IMG/VR virus record: IMGVR_UViG_3300005844_000001
Span: 11,074 to 75,073 of that record
Reading direction: 5' to 3' (one strand)
Source of the DNA: a virus
Taxonomy: Duplodnaviria > Caudoviricetes
DNA length: 64,000 nt
The notes beneath the pieces were generated by a model, which saw nothing but the letters and a program-made list of their open reading frames with translations, did no database searches and was not told the origin of the DNA. Below are positions 19,362-28,903 of this stretch, piece after piece; the stretch's first letter is position 1; each line of letters starts with the position of its first letter. The translations under genes and the position numbers were made by a program.

Positions 19362-19808
19362 TTAAGATTCGCCTTCGGCCGCGTAAGCCGGAGCCACTTC
19401 CGCTCCAGACTCGTTAGTCAGGCTGGGATGGAATACCAACGAAGCTGTAGGCTGGTCTCCTTCCTTGTGCTGGCTCGGAGTAAACGAATCAATCCAGCCC
19501 CAAAACTCGATGGTCGAATCGTCGGGGAAAGTAACAGTGATTGGTTGGTTGACTTGAACCTGAGCCACGATTTGTTCGAACGCTTCCGTGGCGTAAGCGC
19601 ACGTGGCCGAGACTTGCCCGAACGTCTTCAGCTGCTTCGGAGCGGCTGTGCGCCAGCCTAAGCTCCGCATGTTGGTAATATCAATCGGCCCGCCCCCAGA
19701 GACCGGAGGCGGAGTAACTTCCTTCTCGTAAAGCTTAACGGTCGGAATATTAGCGAGCGTGATGATGGTCCGGAAACCATCTTTGAGCATGATTGCATTG
19801 GATGACAT
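19362..19808 (-). CDS. Major tail tube protein
   Basis: IDITNM..WRTAAPKQL..ITVTFPD..FWGWI..FTP; position. Confidence 0.8.
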   Translation of the reverse strand: MSSNAIMLKDGFRTIITLANIPTVKLYEKEVTPPPVSGGGPIDITNMRSLGWRTAAPKQLKTFGQVSATCAYATEAFEQIVAQVQVNQPITVTFPDDSTIEFWGWIDSFTPSQHKEGDQPTASLVFHPSLTNESGAEVAPAYAAEGES

Positions 19809-19813
19809 AAGTT

Positions 19814-20233
19814 TTATTCTAAGGTAACTACTGCGTTGATTGTGAAGTGCTGGCGGCGACGTCCGCCCTCTTCCTCAATCCCTACCGGAATAATATCACC
19901 GGTCCGAGACACGTTGAGGAGAGAATATACTTCCGTACTTGAAATAGCAACGATAACTCTGCCTAGGGAATCCAGTTCGGTAGCGATAGCATTAGCCTTC
20001 TCCCAGACGTCTGGATACGAGAGGCCACGCACTCTGATTTGAATCCCCGGATGCGTTACTTGCAAGCCGGTCGCCATTACTCGTCCGTCTATCTTTCCTG
20101 CGGTATCATAGACGCAAATGGCATTGTCTGGCGACTCTGGAAGGAAAGAAACAAAAGCCGTCCAGCTCCCACTGGTTGCTGCCAGCCCCAGGTCGAGCAG
20201 GAGCTGGCGGATAATATCAGCAGGAGAGCTCAT
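19814..20233 (-). CDS. Tail terminator / head-tail joining protein
   Basis: PESPDNAICVYDTAG..PGIQIRVRG; position. Confidence 0.8.
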   Translation of the reverse strand: MSSPADIIRQLLLDLGLAATSGSWTAFVSFLPESPDNAICVYDTAGKIDGRVMATGLQVTHPGIQIRVRGLSYPDVWEKANAIATELDSLGRVIVAISSTEVYSLLNVSRTGDIIPVGIEEEGGRRRQHFTINAVVTLE

Positions 20234-20236
20234 AGT

Positions 20237-20680
20237 TTAATGGGCAGAATGGCCGCCAGAGTGGGAACCAGCCATTTCGTCGGCGACAATCTTCCTTATC
20301 TCTGGCTGAAGCCGGCGTGCTGGCTCTTCGAGGAACTTGGCTTGACCCTGGCCTTGTGGGTCCCAATAGCTCCCGTGCGCGCCCTTACCAGTGCGCGGGA
20401 GTCCTTTTAGTTTCATCCCTACAGCTTCGTGCACATAAAGAGCATACCCGGCGGTATAGCCGACTTCCACTACCGTCTTCATACCTTCTCCGCGATGCCT
20501 GGTAAAAGCCGAAGCTTTCAAGTTCCCCAAGTCGACCGGCACAAGCTTCTGAGACTCGCGCTGGAGCATGAGCCCCGCTTTCTTCAGCCCTCGCTCACAG
20601 CCCTTGCCAAGATTCTCCTGCTTCTCTTTGAATTTTTTCAGAACTTCGGCCAGACCCGATAGTTCGTTCATGTTTGCCAT
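20237..20680 (-). CDS. HK97 gp10-like tail completion protein
   Basis: SQKLVPVDLGNLKAS, YALYVHE, QAKFLEEP. Confidence 0.85.
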   Translation of the reverse strand: MANMNELSGLAEVLKKFKEKQENLGKGCERGLKKAGLMLQRESQKLVPVDLGNLKASAFTRHRGEGMKTVVEVGYTAGYALYVHEAVGMKLKGLPRTGKGAHGSYWDPQGQGQAKFLEEPARRLQPEIRKIVADEMAGSHSGGHSAH

Positions 20681-20684
20681 AATT

Positions 20685-20720
20685 AAAAGTCCACGCACTC
20701 TGTGGAGGGAGTGCGTGGAC
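20685..20720 (-). terminator. Terminator-like hairpin inside the late operon
   Basis: Perfect 12-bp stem GTCCACGCACTC / GAGTGCGTGGAC followed by TTTT on the minus strand. Confidence 0.6.
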
Positions 20721-20738
20721 GCACAGAGCCCTGTATAA

Positions 20739-21164
20739 TTACCTTCGTCGAGCGCCTTCTGCGGGCGGGTCTTCAGTTACGTCCGGAATCGTATCATCGA
20801 ACGCCTGGAGCTCGGCTTTGAAGTCGGTGATGCTCGTCTCCACTGCTGCCGGGAGCTCGACATTTTCCAAACTGGCTTTGAGCTTGTCAAACTCGATGAC
20901 CAAGTTGTCATACTTCTTTTGTTGCTCGCCCCAAATCTTTTTGACTTCGGCGCGGATGCCCGACACTTCGTTGCCTAGTTCGCTTAGTTTTATTGCCATA
21001 CGTTCTATCCATTCATGTAGGTCTTGTTTCGTTGCGAGTGCGGAGTGCGACCTGTTACGCTCCCACTCTTGCTTGCTTGCTTCCGTGAAGTCCCTCACCG
21101 CGTCGGTGAGACACGAAATTGAATGAGCGATGCCGGAATGTTGTTCTCCCATACCTTGTTTCAT
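20739..21164 (-). CDS. Hypothetical coiled-coil protein (start 21164 or 20999)
   Basis: ORF fills the gap between connector genes. Confidence 0.55.
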   Translation of the reverse strand: MKQGMGEQHSGIAHSISCLTDAVRDFTEASKQEWERNRSHSALATKQDLHEWIERMAIKLSELGNEVSGIRAEVKKIWGEQQKKYDNLVIEFDKLKASLENVELPAAVETSITDFKAELQAFDDTIPDVTEDPPAEGARRR

Positions 21165-21165
21165 T

Positions 21166-21507
21166 TTAGAGGTAAGCCGTATATAAATTCTCCGTATTCC
21201 GGAGATTAGGAAGGACGTCAAATCTTTCCACCAAGTAAGAGCCTGCATGGTTAATAGGGTCGTCCGGCGTATCGCTATCCATCGGGCCCTGGGCCAGCCG
21301 GTCTCCCATAGCCATCTTGCGGTCCACGTAGACGATGGCGCGGGAGAGCTGCTTCTCCCCTTGAGCGCTGAGATACTCCTGGCCGACTTCTTCCCAGCGG
21401 CAAGCCACTTCCACCGGAGCGTCGAAAGAGTCCGTTCCGTATTGGTCGGTCGCTCCTTTCTTCCACCAGATAGCCGTCTGCCGGCGCATGCTTTTAATCA
21501 AGCTCAT
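21166..21507 (-). CDS. Head closure / head-tail adaptor protein
   Basis: QTAIWW..DQYG..PVEVACRWE..SRAIVY; position. Confidence 0.75.
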   Translation of the reverse strand: MSLIKSMRRQTAIWWKKGATDQYGTDSFDAPVEVACRWEEVGQEYLSAQGEKQLSRAIVYVDRKMAMGDRLAQGPMDSDTPDDPINHAGSYLVERFDVLPNLRNTENLYTAYL

Positions 21508-22151
21508 GCAGCCACCTCCGCCGGAGCTAAAATCACATCCAGTTGCTCGAACGTCATCGCCGGAAATACCATCAGCTTGGAACCGCCGTCGGTCACGTTG
21601 AGCACTTGCACGTCCGGGCGGAGCGAAGCGAGGCTGGCCGCCAGGCACTTGAACCCTTTTTGGAACCGGACGAAAGACACGTTATCCGTAGGCTTGCTCC
21701 GGTGCTTGTGCCAGTGACTCTTGCCGCCCGTGCAAGCCATATCAAACCCCAGCAGGAAGATGCGGGCAGCGCCGAGCCGGACAGCCAGATTAATCGCCGC
21801 CGCTCCAGTGGAATAGTTCCAAGCCAAAGACGTCCCCGATTCCTGGAGACCATCTCTGACTCGATTCATCCGGTAAAGCCACGGAGAACCTAAATTGATA
21901 AGCGAAGGAGCGCACGAGAGCACTCGCCCGCGAAACTTCTCCAGCTCCCACTTGGTCCGGTGGAACCAGCTGGCGTCCCCGAACAAGCAGACGCGGACTA
22001 CTTCCGCGCCGAGCCGAAAAGCATCATTGCAGCCGATGGTATTTCTTCCCTTGAGCTTGTTCCAGGCAAAGTTCTCCAACGAAGAGCCGCCGCCGATAAT
22101 AAAAGCGTCCGACTCTTTCCATTCTTCAATTGGAGACCATAGTGGCATCAT
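21504..22151 (-). CDS. Maf/DUF115-like glycosyltransferase-type protein
   Basis: AFIIGGGSSL, TIGCNDA, STGAAAINLA..GAARIFLLGFDM. Confidence 0.7.
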   Translation of the reverse strand: MMPLWSPIEEWKESDAFIIGGGSSLENFAWNKLKGRNTIGCNDAFRLGAEVVRVCLFGDASWFHRTKWELEKFRGRVLSCAPSLINLGSPWLYRMNRVRDGLQESGTSLAWNYSTGAAAINLAVRLGAARIFLLGFDMACTGGKSHWHKHRSKPTDNVSFVRFQKGFKCLAASLASLRPDVQVLNVTDGGSKLMVFPAMTFEQLDVILAPAEVAA

Positions 22152-22537
22152 TCGTCAACCGTGCCGACCCAAGTAACCGACGCAACCCGGCTTCCGCCGC
22201 CAGCCAGTGACCGGTTGAGCGCCGTCAGCCCGCCTTGTGTATCGAGCACCATCGCCTGCTGGCCGTAGCGGGTAAGAGCAAGGTTTAAGTCCACCTTCGA
22301 CTCGAAAGAAGCGCCGACGCTGCCGGCTTTCTCGTTCGTTGTGCGCGGGTCCCGTATCGCGTAGAAGTGAGCAGCCAGCCAGCGCTCGATTAGCTCCAGC
22401 CGCTCGATAGAATATCCGGCAATCGCGCAGACTTCAGTAACGAGCTCCGACGCGGTAAAAATAAAAGGGTCGAGGTCGATTGTAACATCAACCTCGATGA
22501 TTCCAGCGACAAGCGCCGGAGTAGTGCGAATAGCCAT
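22148..22537 (-). CDS. Head-tail connector (DUF4054-like)
   Basis: ERWLAAHF..TRYGQQAMVLD; position after the capsid. Confidence 0.75.
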   Translation of the reverse strand: MAIRTTPALVAGIIEVDVTIDLDPFIFTASELVTEVCAIAGYSIERLELIERWLAAHFYAIRDPRTTNEKAGSVGASFESKVDLNLALTRYGQQAMVLDTQGGLTALNRSLAGGGSRVASVTWVGTVDE

Positions 22538-22566
22538 AAGACTTTCTCTTTGCTAACACGTCCTAA

Positions 22567-22632
22567 CCGTCAGGATTTGACTTATAGGACGTGTTTATTG
22601 CTTTTGAGTGTCTACGTAGCGGTAGCTAATGG
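22567..22632 (+). repeat. Dispersed ~65-bp intergenic repeat, copy 1
   Basis: CCGTCAGGAT..TAGGAC..TTTGAGTGTC.AC.TAGCGG, shared with 44204, 53885 and 63516. Confidence 0.75.
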
Positions 22633-22633
22633 C

Positions 22634-22942
22634 TTACTTGTCTCGCATCGTTTGACGCGCAGCTGTGTGCTTGTGCGCTACGGCGGGCTTCTCTTCGTCT
22701 TCTTCCAGAAGCTGCGACCGGCGAGAGCCACCGACGCGAAGCTCTTCAGCCTTCTCTCCTTCGTCCCAATCGCCCGCGGTCGAAGCGCCGCTGACTCGCT
22801 CAAACTTTTGCGGGAAGAGCTTTATCAAATCGTGCGGAGAGTCGACGATTTGGCCCTTGGTATACCGCTTGTTTCCCTCTATGTGAATCCCGGTTACCAC
22901 GCGGAACTTGTTTCCCTCGGTTTTCGTTTCTTCTTTAGCCAT
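22634..22942 (-). CDS. Small virion-associated hypothetical protein
   Basis: Directly downstream of the major capsid gene; A-rich leader. Confidence 0.65.
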   Translation of the reverse strand: MAKEETKTEGNKFRVVTGIHIEGNKRYTKGQIVDSPHDLIKLFPQKFERVSGASTAGDWDEGEKAEELRVGGSRRSQLLEEDEEKPAVAHKHTAARQTMRDK

Positions 22943-22976
22943 AATTTTTATTGGTGAACTTTTGTTGTTTTCGAGT

Positions 22977-24032
22977 TTACGGAGCCACGCTGTGGATGAT
23001 ACCCGAGTTGCCGTTGTAGTCAGAGCGCAGTTGCGGAACCATGATGCACATGACTTTGAAGTTGAGCCTCATCCCGCCGAGAGTCTCCCACTGCACCGTT
23101 GTGATATCCATGCCGATAACCAAACGGATAACGTCGCTGGTCATTTGCACGAGCACCGCCTGCGTTCCGGTAAGGTAATCCGCCGTCCGGATATCCGTGA
23201 TACCGTTAATCTGCATGAGGCGTTGCCGCACGCTATTGTCTCCCTTGAGCGGGCTGTAATCGTTGTCGAGGAACAAGTCCCACGCGGGCGATACGTAGAG
23301 CACCCACGGACCGTGATGGAAGTTGTCCACCGAGTCCTGCCGGAGCGCCAGGATTTCTCCGAGCAATACTGCTGGAGTCCAGCCGCTTGCAGTCGGAGCT
23401 GTCAGTACTCGCGTCACCCGTCCGGGAAAGTTAGTCATCCCGTAAACTGTCCCGCCGCCGTAAGTAAACGTCGGCGCGATTCCGAGCACCAGCTTCTCGG
23501 CTTCCTCTGCCACCCGACGGGCAGCAAGCTGCGCCGTTGCAGTATCAATCGAAGAGCCAAGGTTGCGCGATACAGCGATTTGACGAGCCGAGAAAAAGAA
23601 GTCCTTGTGAATCACCGGCAAGGGCAAGTTCACGAGGTCGAATTCCGGCCGGTCCGACTCGCTCTGGCGAATCGGGTCCATGCTGATGGTTGCCGGCGTG
23701 ATATCACCCATCGTCTCGCTTTCCAGCACCGTTCGGCTCATGCCGTTCGGGATATTGAGGACAAGTCCCGCAGAGCGCAAGTCAGCGACTACCCGGAGGC
23801 GCTCTTTCGCTGCTACAGAAATCGAGTCGTCAATCAACTTCCACTCTTCCCGGCGGAGCGAAGCCGTATTGTTAGTCGGAACCGCCACCATCTTGCCGTC
23901 GCCTTGGTTGCGAGCAATGTAGCTCCGCCCGTCCTTGCCCTGCCACGGGCGCAGTGCAGCAATGTCGAACCCACTGTGAAGTAATTGGGTGGCGACGTTA
24001 CCGTTCGCCTGCCCGTTTAGAATAAAGTCCAT
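22977..24032 (-). CDS. Major capsid protein (HK97 fold)
   Basis: LRREEWKLIDD, LPLPVIHKDF, YGMTNFP; follows the protease and decoration genes. Confidence 0.9.
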   Translation of the reverse strand: MDFILNGQANGNVATQLLHSGFDIAALRPWQGKDGRSYIARNQGDGKMVAVPTNNTASLRREEWKLIDDSISVAAKERLRVVADLRSAGLVLNIPNGMSRTVLESETMGDITPATISMDPIRQSESDRPEFDLVNLPLPVIHKDFFFSARQIAVSRNLGSSIDTATAQLAARRVAEEAEKLVLGIAPTFTYGGGTVYGMTNFPGRVTRVLTAPTASGWTPAVLLGEILALRQDSVDNFHHGPWVLYVSPAWDLFLDNDYSPLKGDNSVRQRLMQINGITDIRTADYLTGTQAVLVQMTSDVIRLVIGMDITTVQWETLGGMRLNFKVMCIMVPQLRSDYNGNSGIIHSVAP

Positions 24033-24064
24033 ATTGATTTTTTCTGTCTTTTGTTTTTGGTTGT

Positions 24065-24547
24065 TTAGAGAATACGGACTTTGATACGTGAATCAGTGTC
24101 GTCCGAATTGCTTTGGTCCACTGCTTCTACCGCTACAGCGATACGAGATTGTCCCGCTTCGCTGCCCGCTTCCACTTGGAGCGTTCCGTCCCCGTTGGAG
24201 ATTAGATAATCTCCCACGTTGGTAGCTTCGCCGCCAGACAACCACGCTTGCACTACGTCGCCCTTGTTGGCGATAACGTAGAATACCCGCTCGCCGACTG
24301 CATAAGCGTCGTCAATCGTCCGGCCCTGAAGGGCGTCTTCGGTAGCGAAAGCGGCTTCACACGGACCACCGACTTCGTTGTGCTTGATAGCCCGGCGGTC
24401 GTAACCACTATCCGTCGGAGGGATGATAATCCCCGCCGAAGTGATTTTGATTAAGTGTCCCGGCTTGATAATCCCCGCGGCGGTCGCTTCCTCATAACGA
24501 CCATCGCCGATGAGGTGAATCTTTGAAGGTCTGCCAGCTGCATTCAT
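24065..24547 (-). CDS. Capsid decoration / cement protein
   Basis: IKPGHLI..LQGRTIDDAY..VGDYLISNGDGTL..AVAVEA; position. Confidence 0.75.
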   Translation of the reverse strand: MNAAGRPSKIHLIGDGRYEEATAAGIIKPGHLIKITSAGIIIPPTDSGYDRRAIKHNEVGGPCEAAFATEDALQGRTIDDAYAVGERVFYVIANKGDVVQAWLSGGEATNVGDYLISNGDGTLQVEAGSEAGQSRIAVAVEAVDQSNSDDTDSRIKVRIL

Positions 24548-24574
24548 ATTGTATTTTTCTTTGAGTTGACCGAA

Positions 24575-26110
24575 TTACGCCGCTTTCTCCGTTTTGGAAA
24601 AGTTCATCGTCGGGAGCGCCAGCACTTCTTCTGCCTCTGTGTTTGTCGAGGGCACGGGAGCTTGTCCGCTATAGTTCGCCGGACGTTGCGCCACTTCTGC
24701 ACCACCAGCCAGCCGCGCCAGACTCTTCAGTTCGCCGAGCGGACGGTTGTTCAAGTCTTCCTTCGAAAAGGAATTGTTCTTGTTGGCAGTAATGATATCC
24801 ACGAGCCGTTGCTTCTCCTCGTTGTGGAGCGCCATGCTGTTGGTCAGCACGTCGCGCAATGCTTTGGGAGCATTCTGAATATACTCTTCAGCCGTTACCG
24901 GAACGGGCGGCTCCTTTGTGGGGGCCGTTGTGGGCTGAGATGTGTTACCCGTAGGAGCCGCCGCTGGAATCGTTGCCGCGCCCGTTGTAGTTGCCGCAGG
25001 CATCGGGACAATGGTCTCTTTTGCCGGAAGCTTGATTTTCTCCAAAGACTTTAGGGGAAGCGCCTGGAGCGTGGCGCGGTCCTCTTCTACCCAACCCGCG
25101 TTGCCGATTAGGGCGTCGACGAGTGCTTTCTTTTGTTCTGCTTCAGTCATAACTGTTTTCGTTTCTTGTTTGTTTTGGTTCCCGACAAAGGCCCCTGCTA
25201 CGCTGCGGTATTCAGTGACCCTTTTTACTTCTGTCGGCTCTCCTTTATCCAACGACACACCTCCATCGTCGTCGGTAGTATAGCCGAGTCTCCAAAGTTT
25301 CCCGTCTTTGGAGAAGATAAAAAAATTCGAATAGACGTCCTGCACCCAAGGCCCCGAGATTTCGCCGGACTTGGAAGCAGTAGAGAATCTGGCGCGCAGC
25401 AACTCGCCAAGCGTGGAAGAGATATTGCCGAACGAAGACTCGTTGAGCGAGACGTCCTTGTGAACTTCGTTGCGAAGGAAGCCGGCGCCATCAGCAATAC
25501 TGCACGCGCCGACTTTGTCTGGCAGCAAAGCAAGGTGGTCCGGACGATAGTTGCGAGCAATCGCCACGTAGTCTTCTTTTTGCCACTTGCCGGGAGTCTT
25601 GTCTTCGTCGACAAAGACGCCGGTAGACAGCTCCATCATCTCGTTGGCTTTGACCGCCGCCATTATCCGCTCGTCGATTATATCGGCTCGGGACTTTTCA
25701 ATCCACGCTTCCGACTTCAGCCGCCCCTTTTCATACTTGGTATTGAGCATAACGCCCACTTTGCGATTGTTGATAATCGTGGGGTCGCATGCAGAGATAC
25801 CTTGCCCGTTGAGCTCGGGATGATAGACGACTACTGGCTTGTGATTCCAAGCTGCCGGCGTCTTGCTAAGCTCTTCCTTCGGATATAAAAGTGGCCCGTC
25901 GCTTCCGGCGTGCACTCCCTCGGTAAGTATCACCATGGGGACAACCAAGTGCTCCCGTCCTTCCAGCGTCTCGTAGCGGCACTGATTCGGCAGCAGGTTG
26001 CAAGTGAAACTTTGAAGGTGCCCCGGACTGTTCTCGTTTCGGACTAACTTTGACTTTCTGGTTTTATTCAGCACATTGCGGAGACTATCTTCTCCCAATG
26101 CATAAGTCAA
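24575..26110 (-). CDS. DUF2213-like prohead protease/scaffold (start uncertain)
   Basis: WNHKPVVVYHP, MELSTG, PDHLALLP..GACS. Confidence 0.85.
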   Translation of the reverse strand: MTYALGEDSLRNVLNKTRKSKLVRNENSPGHLQSFTCNLLPNQCRYETLEGREHLVVPMVILTEGVHAGSDGPLLYPKEELSKTPAAWNHKPVVVYHPELNGQGISACDPTIINNRKVGVMLNTKYEKGRLKSEAWIEKSRADIIDERIMAAVKANEMMELSTGVFVDEDKTPGKWQKEDYVAIARNYRPDHLALLPDKVGACSIADGAGFLRNEVHKDVSLNESSFGNISSTLGELLRARFSTASKSGEISGPWVQDVYSNFFIFSKDGKLWRLGYTTDDDGGVSLDKGEPTEVKRVTEYRSVAGAFVGNQNKQETKTVMTEAEQKKALVDALIGNAGWVEEDRATLQALPLKSLEKIKLPAKETIVPMPAATTTGAATIPAAAPTGNTSQPTTAPTKEPPVPVTAEEYIQNAPKALRDVLTNSMALHNEEKQRLVDIITANKNNSFSKEDLNNRPLGELKSLARLAGGAEVAQRPANYSGQAPVPSTNTEAEEVLALPTMNFSKTEKAA

Positions 26111-26338
26111 CTATTCCATTTTCCGCATCTTTTTGATGGCACTACGCGGAATGGTGAGCTGGTCCATATAGCGATGCCGCTGGCTTACGCTAGTGGAAAT
26201 AGTTACCGAATGTTTGCCTTCGTGAACGAGCAATCCCACAGAGAGGATATAGTGGCGGCCGTCTCGTTGCGGGTTGTCCCAGCCGGGGCTGGTAAACGAG
26301 TCCTCCCACTTAATCTGAACTGCTTTAAGCTTTTTCAC
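26111..26338 (-). CDS. Small hypothetical phage protein
   Basis: VQIKWEDS..SVGLL..TIPRSAI pattern. Confidence 0.6.
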   Translation of the reverse strand: MKKLKAVQIKWEDSFTSPGWDNPQRDGRHYILSVGLLVHEGKHSVTISTSVSQRHRYMDQLTIPRSAIKKMRKME

Positions 26339-27140
26339 GCTTCTGTATGTGGTCGAGCAATACTCGACGGTTCGCGTCCATGTGCGTGCGGTAAGCGTTA
26401 GCGACGGAACGAGCGTGCCAACGGTGCATCAAGCAGAGCCACTTGTTGCGCTGAAATAATTCCCAAGCTTTGACTCGGCTAATCTCGTCCCGGCAGCGCC
26501 ACGTCACGTTCGTAATATCCAACCGGCCAGATAGCGGACAAGCTCCACGCTGGTGGCGCTCCAGCATATAGATTTGCTGGTAGTCTTCCCAGCCGTAGCC
26601 GGCAAAGCGTTCATCACACCCGCCTAAGTCCAAGTATTCCTGGCGCCGGCAAATGAAGTTAGTCCCGGCCGGGCGCAAGTAGGAATTGGCCGAGTAAAAG
26701 CCGGGGTTCTCCATAATCTCCGTATAGTTGCGCTCAGTAAGGTCTTTTGTATCCAGCAGAGTAGAAGCTTTGCGGTTCAAGTAAAGCATTCCGCCATTGA
26801 ACCACTCCCGCGGAGTTGCCCAAACTAGAATTGGCAGAAGCTCTTTGAAATAGCGGGGATTGGGAAGCGTGTCTATGTCGAGCTTCATTATCCACTCCGA
26901 CGTGGACATCTTCGCTCCTTCGTTGTGGTAATAGCCGATGGAACGTCCCTCTTTGAAATGGATTCCGATAACGTCAACGGCCCACAAGTCCGTAAAGTCT
27001 AGCTCTTTGCGCGGAGCTACTTCTCCAATAAAAAACAGGAGGTGATTTACTTCGGGGTGAGCAGCGGCCCGAATTGCTTTCAGCCATACCTTCAGCGCGT
27101 CCGGCCGGTTCCAAACCGGGGTGATAGTTGTGAGAGTCAC
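26325..27140 (-). CDS. Glycosyltransferase, GT2/GT-A fold
   Basis: TITPVWNR, DID motif, LGGCDERFAGYGWED, HRWH. Confidence 0.85.
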   Translation of the reverse strand: MTLTTITPVWNRPDALKVWLKAIRAAAHPEVNHLLFFIGEVAPRKELDFTDLWAVDVIGIHFKEGRSIGYYHNEGAKMSTSEWIMKLDIDTLPNPRYFKELLPILVWATPREWFNGGMLYLNRKASTLLDTKDLTERNYTEIMENPGFYSANSYLRPAGTNFICRRQEYLDLGGCDERFAGYGWEDYQQIYMLERHQRGACPLSGRLDITNVTWRCRDEISRVKAWELFQRNKWLCLMHRWHARSVANAYRTHMDANRRVLLDHIQKREKA

Positions 27141-27832
27141 CGGGAACCGTCGGTTGGGTGTCTTTGTTCCCTATCTCCTAAATCTCGGCGGCTCGGAGAC
27201 TTGTCGACTTTTTGAATCTCTAACTTGTGCTTAAGGCAATCGGGGCAGTCTACTTCGTCCCAATACGCTGACCACAAGTGGCCAGACGGCCAGACTTTCG
27301 GGACGCCTTGGATTCCACAAGGAGCTTGTCCGGCATGAAGGTGATGGACGACAGCTACTTTTCGAATCTGCGTCACTGTCTTGTCCGTTCCCGGCTTTGC
27401 TTTGTCCCAGCCGGCGGGCGTCATTGCGTCTACCCTTGCCGCCTCCTGCTCCACTTCCCGCGCTGAAGCGCCCACGCCAGCCAGTGCTTTGTCAGCCCGC
27501 TCCGCTGCTTTCTTGTCGGAGTATTTCAGTTCGTTGTAGCGTTTGGTCAGCTTGAGAATGTTAGCATCCAGCGTCTCTTGCCGCGAGATATCCATCGCTT
27601 GCCGGAGCCCTTCCATATAGAATTCCAAATCGCCGAGCTCTTCGATAACGTTGGCGCGGTCGAGCGGCTTGCGGTAGATAACCGGGCGCTTAATCGCGTC
27701 GAATAGCTCTCCGGCTTCGCTACAAATACAAGACGACATGTGCCAAATACTGCAGTCCCAAGGAGTCAGCTCGTTCAAGATATCTTCTCCAGGCTTGGTC
27801 AGCTTCGCTACTAATTCAGGGTGAGTAATCAT
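27137..27832 (-). CDS. MazG-like NTP pyrophosphohydrolase with C-terminal Cys/His domain
   Basis: SEAGELFDAIK, EELGDLEFY, NILKLTKRY; later H..C..CPDC. Confidence 0.85.
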   Translation of the reverse strand: MITHPELVAKLTKPGEDILNELTPWDCSIWHMSSCICSEAGELFDAIKRPVIYRKPLDRANVIEELGDLEFYMEGLRQAMDISRQETLDANILKLTKRYNELKYSDKKAAERADKALAGVGASAREVEQEAARVDAMTPAGWDKAKPGTDKTVTQIRKVAVVHHLHAGQAPCGIQGVPKVWPSGHLWSAYWDEVDCPDCLKHKLEIQKVDKSPSRRDLGDREQRHPTDGSR

Positions 27833-28074
27833 TGTGAGTTGTGGTTTTTAGTTATCCGTTTAATTTCTCGGTCAATATAGTATCTGGCCTTCTGCAAGTC
27901 CTGTAGCGCGTCCCCTTTCTCTCCAGCCCTCCAAATATATTTCATCGCATTGCCTAAACAAAAGTTCATATGCTCGACCACTTCAATACATTCAATCCCC
28001 GAAGGAGAGACGTTATAGTGCTTGGCGCGATTTACCGGATGGAAAGGCTCGATAGCTGGAGCTTTAGTTTTCAT
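27829..28074 (-). CDS. DUF3310 protein
   Basis: VNRAKHY..GIECIE..FCLGNAMKYIWRAG.K..DLQKARYY. Confidence 0.9.
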   Translation of the reverse strand: MKTKAPAIEPFHPVNRAKHYNVSPSGIECIEVVEHMNFCLGNAMKYIWRAGEKGDALQDLQKARYYIDREIKRITKNHNSQ

Positions 28075-28277
28075 AGTTCAGCTTCGCGCAGCGCTGCGAG
28101 CAGCGCGTTTGATTTTGCCGCTCCTTCTCCCTGCGGAAGAGACTTGACATAATCGAACCACCGGACGGACATCAGCCGCGGCCGGAACTGCAAAATAAAT
28201 TCGTTCAACACAAAGCCATCCTTCTCCGGGTCTATCCGGTGAGCCACTGGAATCTTAATCATCTGCCCCTCGGTCAT
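28071..28277 (-). CDS. Hypothetical protein
   Basis: ATGA overlaps on both sides. Confidence 0.55.
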   Translation of the reverse strand: MTEGQMIKIPVAHRIDPEKDGFVLNEFILQFRPRLMSVRWFDYVKSLPQGEGAAKSNALLAALREAEL

Positions 28278-28903
28278 ACCCGCAAGTAAAAAGCATCGCC
28301 CCACCCACTGCCGGTCATCTTAATTTCTTTCCGCTCAAAGCCACGATTGCCTAACCAGCTATCAATTTGAGCTGCTGATGGGCATCCTATGTAAAGCTCT
28401 TTTTCGTTCACTTCAATGTAGACCGAATCGAACTGCTTCAGCAAGTCGCCCATCCCGCGCAGCGCCAGCAGCTCGGCTCCTTGCAAGTCGACGTTGAGCA
28501 ACCATCCGGGGCCGACTTCCAGATTGTTTTGCCGGAGCAAAGTATCCACTCGGATAGTTGCCATCCGAATCGTCTTGACGTAGCGGACTGTAGGGTGCGC
28601 TTGCGCGTGCGTCCCGAGCTCAAGAAACGAAGAGCTCTGGCCATCATTAGACGCTACGTGGAAGTCCACTTGTTGATTGTCAACGTCGCTTAAGCACGCT
28701 AATAACGCGACGGAACCGCGTATAGGAGCGATTTTCTGCTTCAGGACGTCAAATACTTGCGGAAGAGCTTCCACCCAGACAACCCGCTCGATTCCTGCAG
28801 CCGCGTAGGCTGGAGCTTCCTGTCCCTCATTTGCTCCTAAGTGGAGAACACCGGGCGGGCGGAGCGAATACTTTTTGCACAAATAGTCAAACGGTATCAG
28901 CAT
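28274..28903 (-). CDS. FkbM-family methyltransferase
   Basis: VLHLGANEGQE, WVEALP, LNVDLQGAELLAL, GWGDAFY. Confidence 0.9.
   Translation of the reverse strand: MLIPFDYLCKKYSLRPPGVLHLGANEGQEAPAYAAAGIERVVWVEALPQVFDVLKQKIAPIRGSVALLACLSDVDNQQVDFHVASNDGQSSSFLELGTHAQAHPTVRYVKTIRMATIRVDTLLRQNNLEVGPGWLLNVDLQGAELLALRGMGDLLKQFDSVYIEVNEKELYIGCPSAAQIDSWLGNRGFERKEIKMTGSGWGDAFYLRV

Noticed and set aside
22977-24032. Encapsulin/linocin bacteriocin call
   Set aside because: The similarity reflects the shared HK97 fold; context (portal, protease, decoration, connectors) indicates the major capsid protein
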